IMG/VR virus record: IMGVR_UViG_3300032225_001776
Coordinates: 1-42,879 of that record
Source: a virus
Lineage: Duplodnaviria > Caudoviricetes
Reading direction: 5' to 3' (one strand)
Length of the DNA stretch: 42,879 nucleotides
Shown: piece by piece, positions 38,213-42,879 of the stretch
Layout of the letters: each line of letters starts with the position of its first letter
Numbering within the stretch: the stretch's first letter is position 1
Notes under the pieces: model-generated
The model's input: only the letters and a program-made list of their open reading frames with translations
Told to the model about the DNA's origin: nothing
Databases searched by the model: none
Made by a program: the position numbers and the translations under genes

Positions 38213-40582
38213 TTATCCTTGTGCGTAGTGTAACATTTTGCCACTACTGTCAGCGGTATTTTTAGTTGCTGCCGCGATACTTTCCTGAAGTTCCAGTGTT
38301 TCTTCCAATAACTGAACCATCTGTTCATTTGCTTCGGCCATTTCTTCAAACAGTTTAACAAAATTTCCACTGTTGTTATTCATTGGTACCACTGCGCCTT
38401 CACCCTGTAGCGTGGCAGCATAGCCACCATTGGGTCCAGAAAATATACCACCTTTTTCAGCGGAAATTTTTGATTGGATATGAACCGGATCTGGTTTGCT
38501 CCAGCCAGCGTTGCCTCCCCATACAAGCCCGTATTTTTCTAAATCAACTTTTCTAGCAATGTCTGCCGCTTGCATTCCGGCGTCTATTGCAAATCCTTTA
38601 CCGTGAGAATTGCCAATGCCGCCCAGCGATACTGGCAGTGCTGGAGTAGTCACACCGTCATATGTTGCAATTGCTCCAGGATCTTTGGCAGTTTTTACCC
38701 CCGGCGGCTGGCCCTTTAACCATCGTTTATACAGAGCCAGCTGTTCTTCATCACTACGGTATCCACTTTCTAGGTTTAGTTTTGATCCGCCTAGAGATAT
38801 GTATTCTTTAATTGTGGCGAGCATAGCCTGTTGGAATTTAGGATTTAAGCTATCCCAATTATCTCTAGATCCCGAACCACTTTTGAAATTTATTAAACTA
38901 TCAAGATCGTTGCCGGCTGATAATGACCTAGTTCCACCGCCCGCTCCGCCCGCTCCGCCACCACCCATGGAGGTAGATGCTCCGCGATTACTGCCACTGC
39001 CATCACTGCCTGACGGTGCGGCTCCACCTCCGCCACCACCGCCACCACTTGCTGGAGCAGCCGATGGTGCGGCTGCTCCTCCACCGCCGCTACGTGCTCC
39101 TCCACCACTACCACCACCAGAAGGTGCAGTTCCTCCAGAAGGTGCAGTTCCACCACCGCCTGTATCTCTTGCTCCTACTCCAAATATCCCGCCTGACGAA
39201 GCTCCCGGAAGCGCACGGCTAGCCCACTCGGTTACATCTGTAGCAAATTTGTGCATCTTTGTTGATACCGGCACCATCATCTGAGTAAAGTCAGCTGTTC
39301 GTTGTCCTGTTTTAAGTTGATTCTCGGCAATCTTGGCTTGACTTGCAGTGGCACTGTCAACACCTGCAAGTTGATCTTTTTGTTCTTTGGCCACTGTTTT
39401 TACATCAGTAGAAATGGTTTTAACACCTTCAGTAAATTCTGTTAACGATCTTAAGTTTGGACCAAATGTGCCACCAATTTGATTTAGCCCTTTGGTTACT
39501 TCCATTACTGCAGGATCAATTGACTTGGCTACTCCCTTCATTGCCTCTTCAGCAGTTCCTCCACTCTTGAAAAACTCCTTGCTGAAATACTTCATGCTTT
39601 CACCACCGGTAGCCAGCATAACATCACTGGAGCCGGTTATCACTCCGTTGAAGTTGGCAGCAAACTCAGCGGCCATTTTAGGGCCGCCTTTAGTCAATGC
39701 TATATTATAGGCCTTCATGGCCTGCTCTCTCTGTTTGTCGTCTAGGTCTTGAAGTCCGGCGTAGAATGTTTCTATGTTTAATGCCTGCTCGCGAACATCT
39801 TGTTGTTCTTGACGAGTCATACCGGTCAGCTTGGTTATCTGATCAAGTTCTTTGAGATAAGCAATTGTGCCGTTGGTTAGGTCCTTGTCTGTTTTTCCAC
39901 GTAATTTTCCTAGTGCACCTTCTTGGGCCATGTAACCGGCCATGGCATCATTAAGATCATCAACCGAAAGACCCATTGCTCTTAATGATTCACGTTGCTC
40001 CGCAAATCCAGCAGAAGCTTTGCCCATGACACGGCTGCCTTCAAGAGCACTGCCGTAGAACTTGCCTAGTGTTTTACTATTTTCACTGAGAACTCGATTT
40101 AAGTTGCCTAATTGGTCTGGAGTGTAACCAAACTCGCGCATCTTTTCATACACTTCGTCCATGGCTTTACCACCAACTACACCAACTTGACTCAGTTTCT
40201 GATATTGTTCAAATAGATCTTTACTTTGTTTCAACGCGGCAGTATTGAGTGCTGCCATGCCTTTGGTCAACATACCCAGGGCTTTGCCTGCAGGTCCAAA
40301 TTTGGCTGTGTATGATGCAACTACATCGGCACCGGCTTCAACTGTTTTGCCAAAAGCCGCACTGGATTCTTGCCCTTTGAGCATGGTTGCCGCAGTATCC
40401 TTGGAGCTCTTGCCCAGCTGACTTATGCTTTGTTTTAGAGCCGCAGTATAGCCTCGCATGCCGGCTGCATGGTCCATTTCTGCTTCATGTAGCTGTTTGG
40501 CAGAAATGTAGCCGGCTTCGTACATCTCACGTTGTTTGCCTAGCCAGTCATCTAATTCTTTGAGGGAGTCTTCAGTTGCCAT
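38213..40582 (-). CDS. Tape-measure/baseplate-hub-like protein, copy B, with M15-type Zn peptidase domain
   Basis: Paralogue of 36015-38210; SGYRS..EQ, SHGKGFAID (H-x6-D) and DPVH motifs of the Hedgehog/DD-peptidase (M15) fold; start MATEDS (40582). Confidence 0.8.
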   Translation of the reverse strand: MATEDSLKELDDWLGKQREMYEAGYISAKQLHEAEMDHAAGMRGYTAALKQSISQLGKSSKDTAATMLKGQESSAAFGKTVEAGADVVASYTAKFGPAGKALGMLTKGMAALNTAALKQSKDLFEQYQKLSQVGVVGGKAMDEVYEKMREFGYTPDQLGNLNRVLSENSKTLGKFYGSALEGSRVMGKASAGFAEQRESLRAMGLSVDDLNDAMAGYMAQEGALGKLRGKTDKDLTNGTIAYLKELDQITKLTGMTRQEQQDVREQALNIETFYAGLQDLDDKQREQAMKAYNIALTKGGPKMAAEFAANFNGVITGSSDVMLATGGESMKYFSKEFFKSGGTAEEAMKGVAKSIDPAVMEVTKGLNQIGGTFGPNLRSLTEFTEGVKTISTDVKTVAKEQKDQLAGVDSATASQAKIAENQLKTGQRTADFTQMMVPVSTKMHKFATDVTEWASRALPGASSGGIFGVGARDTGGGGTAPSGGTAPSGGGSGGGARSGGGGAAAPSAAPASGGGGGGGGAAPSGSDGSGSNRGASTSMGGGGAGGAGGGTRSLSAGNDLDSLINFKSGSGSRDNWDSLNPKFQQAMLATIKEYISLGGSKLNLESGYRSDEEQLALYKRWLKGQPPGVKTAKDPGAIATYDGVTTPALPVSLGGIGNSHGKGFAIDAGMQAADIARKVDLEKYGLVWGGNAGWSKPDPVHIQSKISAEKGGIFSGPNGGYAATLQGEGAVVPMNNNSGNFVKLFEEMAEANEQMVQLLEETLELQESIAAATKNTADSSGKMLHYAQG

Positions 40583-40606
40583 AATTATATTTAGCGAGGG
40601 CATTTT

Positions 40607-41446
40607 ATGACATTAAACAACCCATTAAAACAGTATTTTAGACAGCCGTCAATTTATATACGGCTACCCAGCAAAGGTAATTTTTATCCCCCGGGCACTT
40701 TGGATATGCCGCCCAACGGAGAAATTCCTGTGCTACCCATGACTGCTGTAGACGAGATCAGTTATCGAACTCCAGATGCGCTGTTCAACGGAGCAGCCAT
40801 GGTTGACGTAATACAAAGCTGTGTGCCAAATATTAAAAACGCCTGGGCTATCCCAGCTGTAGACGTAGACACCATTTTGGTCGGTATTCGATTGGCCAGT
40901 CACGGACACGATTTAGATTCCGGCAGCCAATGTCCTGAATGCAAACACGATCACGAGTTTACAATCGATTTACGAGTATTGCTCGACGGTATTCAAGCAC
41001 CCGATTACAATAACAGTGTGCGGCACGGTGATTTAGAATTTTTCTTTCGCCCTATGACTTACCAAGATCTCAATGCCAATAATCAATTACAGTTTGAGCA
41101 ACAAAAAATAATGGCCATGATCCCAGATGCAGAAACTCCAGAAACAGACAAGATAAAAAATATCAACGATGCGCTAAAACGGTTAACCACAATCACTGTG
41201 CAAGCTCTGTGCCAAAGTATTGCCGCAGTCAAAACACCACAGGCTGTGGTCACTGAACCAGAATTTATTCTAGAGTTAATGAACAACTGTGATCGTAAAA
41301 TATTCACCAGCGTTCGAGACCACATTATTGATCTTAAAAATCAAGCTGAATTACAACCTGTAGCTCTTAAATGTCCAGAATGTCAACATGATTATAAACA
41401 AAATGTAACCCTGGACATGACAAGTTTTTTCGAATCCGCCTCCTAG
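40607..41446 (+). CDS. gp26: Baseplate hub / tail assembly chaperone (gp26-like)
   Basis: I.LPS.G, PMTA.DE, D.D.IL..IR.AS, two CPEC motifs and a terminal FF. Confidence 0.7.
   Translation: MTLNNPLKQYFRQPSIYIRLPSKGNFYPPGTLDMPPNGEIPVLPMTAVDEISYRTPDALFNGAAMVDVIQSCVPNIKNAWAIPAVDVDTILVGIRLASHGHDLDSGSQCPECKHDHEFTIDLRVLLDGIQAPDYNNSVRHGDLEFFFRPMTYQDLNANNQLQFEQQKIMAMIPDAETPETDKIKNINDALKRLTTITVQALCQSIAAVKTPQAVVTEPEFILELMNNCDRKIFTSVRDHIIDLKNQAELQPVALKCPECQHDYKQNVTLDMTSFFESAS
41425..41431 (+). other. Candidate -1 ribosomal frameshift slippery site T TTT TTC
   Basis: X XXY YYZ heptamer in frame near the end of the gp26-like ORF; the -1 frame is open into ORF 41473-41661. Confidence 0.65.
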
Positions 41447-41472
41447 CCTTAAACTCTGACCAGATCGCTGAG

Positions 41473-41661
41473 ATGCTGGAGCAGATGGACAAAGAAGTAA
41501 GTAATATCCGGCAGGAGGCGTTGCGACTATCATGGTACATGCGAGGCGGATTGACCTATGATCAAGCCATGACACTGAGCCTGGAAGAACGCAATCTAAT
41601 TAACGATTTGATCAAGGAACACTTAGAAACTACCAAGAAAAGCGGATTGCCTTTCTTTTAA
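41473..41661 (+). CDS. Small ORF (gp51-like / chaperone T-like), possibly expressed as a -1 frameshift fusion to the upstream gene
   Basis: WYMRGG.TY.....LS.EER motif; frame open from 41398; no well-spaced RBS. Confidence 0.6.
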   Translation: MLEQMDKEVSNIRQEALRLSWYMRGGLTYDQAMTLSLEERNLINDLIKEHLETTKKSGLPFF

Positions 41662-41664
41662 ATT

Positions 41665-42177
41665 ATGCTATTTAAATTAGACGATGTAAAAGCCGATATA
41701 GAAAAATGGATTGCAGACTTTGTAGAAGTTCCGCATCCAAGTCTCGGTGGCTGGGCTCCTTGCCCGTATGCTAGAAAGGCTCGATTGGATCGTGATTTTG
41801 ATGTTAGGCTGGGTTTGGCACCTATGCACGATTTAATTCAGATCAGTCGCAAAGGCCTAGAAGGCAAGAGTGTGGTTATTTTTGCATACGACCCCAAAGA
41901 CACATTGTATTCAGAGTTAAGTTATGCTGTTGATGTTTGCAATCGAGAATTTTTATTGCCAAACAACCTGTTATCATTGGAAGATCATCCAGACGATCCC
42001 GAAGTGGTCAACGGTGTAGTCATGAACAATGGAACCTATGCCCTGGCATTGGTGCAAAGTCTCAGCGATCTAAATGAAAAAGCCCAACTCGTTGCTCGGA
42101 AGGGCTTTTATGACACATGGCCTGAAGATTATTTACAAGCTCTATTTAAACATCGTATAGATCCGCGAGAATCTTAA
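41665..42177 (+). CDS. DUF1415-like hypothetical protein
   Basis: W...FV......CPYA and DHP motifs. Confidence 0.5.
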   Translation: MLFKLDDVKADIEKWIADFVEVPHPSLGGWAPCPYARKARLDRDFDVRLGLAPMHDLIQISRKGLEGKSVVIFAYDPKDTLYSELSYAVDVCNREFLLPNNLLSLEDHPDDPEVVNGVVMNNGTYALALVQSLSDLNEKAQLVARKGFYDTWPEDYLQALFKHRIDPRES

Positions 42178-42826
42178 TTTTACTATCGCGCTTGCACAAC
42201 CAACGATACCGGTCCACGTCAGCACTCCATTCTGATCCAGTCCACCACTCAAACCCCTGTATGTCTGCTTTATACACACTGCTTCTTTCGTAGCCAGGGC
42301 CAAGATAAACATAGTTGTAGCCTTCTCGCTTGGCCCATGCAATTTCGTGTTCTAAACTTCTACTGCCCAATCTAGTTGCGGGCTCGCTGTAATCCCAAAC
42401 AAACAAACAAGTTTCAACTGCTTGATCAGTGTAGTGTCTTAGTTTGGCCCAAGCTACCATTAGGTCATTTTGCCAGTAGCCCATAAATCGATCTGATTCT
42501 AATCGTTGTCCTATTTCAAAATACTTTTTAAATTTTTTATAATAGCAATAAGATGTGTAGATGTGATCCATTTCATTGAACTGTGCCGGCGTTGGGTTTA
42601 AAATCAAATTGGCATCAGCTAACAATTCGTAATCAGTCACTGCTGTGTTGACTCTGGTACTACGACTTTGATACCAGCGTGATTGTCCGTTTTCTACTGT
42701 TTGCAAAAATCCCATCTCAAGAGCAGTGTTGTATTCTTCTGCAGCAACATCCACTAGCTCACAACCAAAGTGAAAGAACTCGCCCTGCTCCTGGTGGCCA
42801 AAATTATGATCAAACTGTATTTTCAT
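42146..42826 (-). CDS. ATE/Bpt-like aminoacyl-tRNA--protein transferase (GNAT fold)
   Basis: C-terminal LG..SL..EI.WAK..G..YVYLG......VYKA matches the ATE_C pattern; N-terminal Y..ALE.GF. Confidence 0.65.
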   Translation of the reverse strand: MKIQFDHNFGHQEQGEFFHFGCELVDVAAEEYNTALEMGFLQTVENGQSRWYQSRSTRVNTAVTDYELLADANLILNPTPAQFNEMDHIYTSYCYYKKFKKYFEIGQRLESDRFMGYWQNDLMVAWAKLRHYTDQAVETCLFVWDYSEPATRLGSRSLEHEIAWAKREGYNYVYLGPGYERSSVYKADIQGFEWWTGSEWSADVDRYRWLCKRDSKIKILADLYDV

Positions 42827-42864
42827 ATAATTATGTATGTAGATTATAACTCAAGGAAAAAATT

Positions 42865-42879
42865 ATGGCAGACTTATAC
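42865..42879 (+). CDS. 5' end of a gene truncated by the window edge (MADLY...)
   Basis: AAGGA 7 nt upstream of an ATG at 42865; frame open to the window end. Confidence 0.5.

Noticed and set aside
38610-39284. 224-aa Pro-rich plus-strand ORF
   Set aside because: Antisense reading of the Gly-rich linker and peptidase domain of the copy-B gene.
1-42879. Stop-codon reassignment, introns/inteins and tRNA genes
   Set aside because: Core genes are intact in the standard code with TAA, TGA and TAG all used as stops; no interruptions in portal, capsid or sheath, and no cloverleaf was recognised by eye.

Overview
This window is the virion morphogenesis region of a large T4-like myophage and uses the standard genetic code. 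Head genes: portal (gp20), prohead protease (gp21), scaffold (gp22), major capsid (gp23) and head-completion nuclease (gp4). Neck and tail genes: gp13/14/15, an enlarged tail sheath (gp18), tail tube (gp19), a gp26-like hub/chaperone, and a ~14.5 kb cluster of mosaic, repeat-rich fibre genes. Accessory genes include dNMP kinase, a DEDDh exonuclease, a Nudix hydrolase, an HNH-like Zn protein, glycosyltransferase-like genes and an ATE/Bpt-like aminoacyl transferase. Most notable observations: (1) two tandem tape-measure/hub paralogues share their N- and C-terminal scaffolds but carry different cell-wall hydrolases (GH24 lysozyme versus M15 Zn-peptidase). (2) A candidate -1 programmed frameshift (T TTT TTC plus downstream base pairing) would fuse the gp26-like ORF to the next ORF, like tail chaperones G/GT. 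(3) Many genes appear to be leaderless, from both sigma70-type and TAAATA late promoters. (4) A Gly-rich gene is bounded by a perfect 20-bp direct repeat of the translation start. (5) Several leaders are structured or sequester the RBS. All family assignments come from motif recognition by eye; no searches were run.
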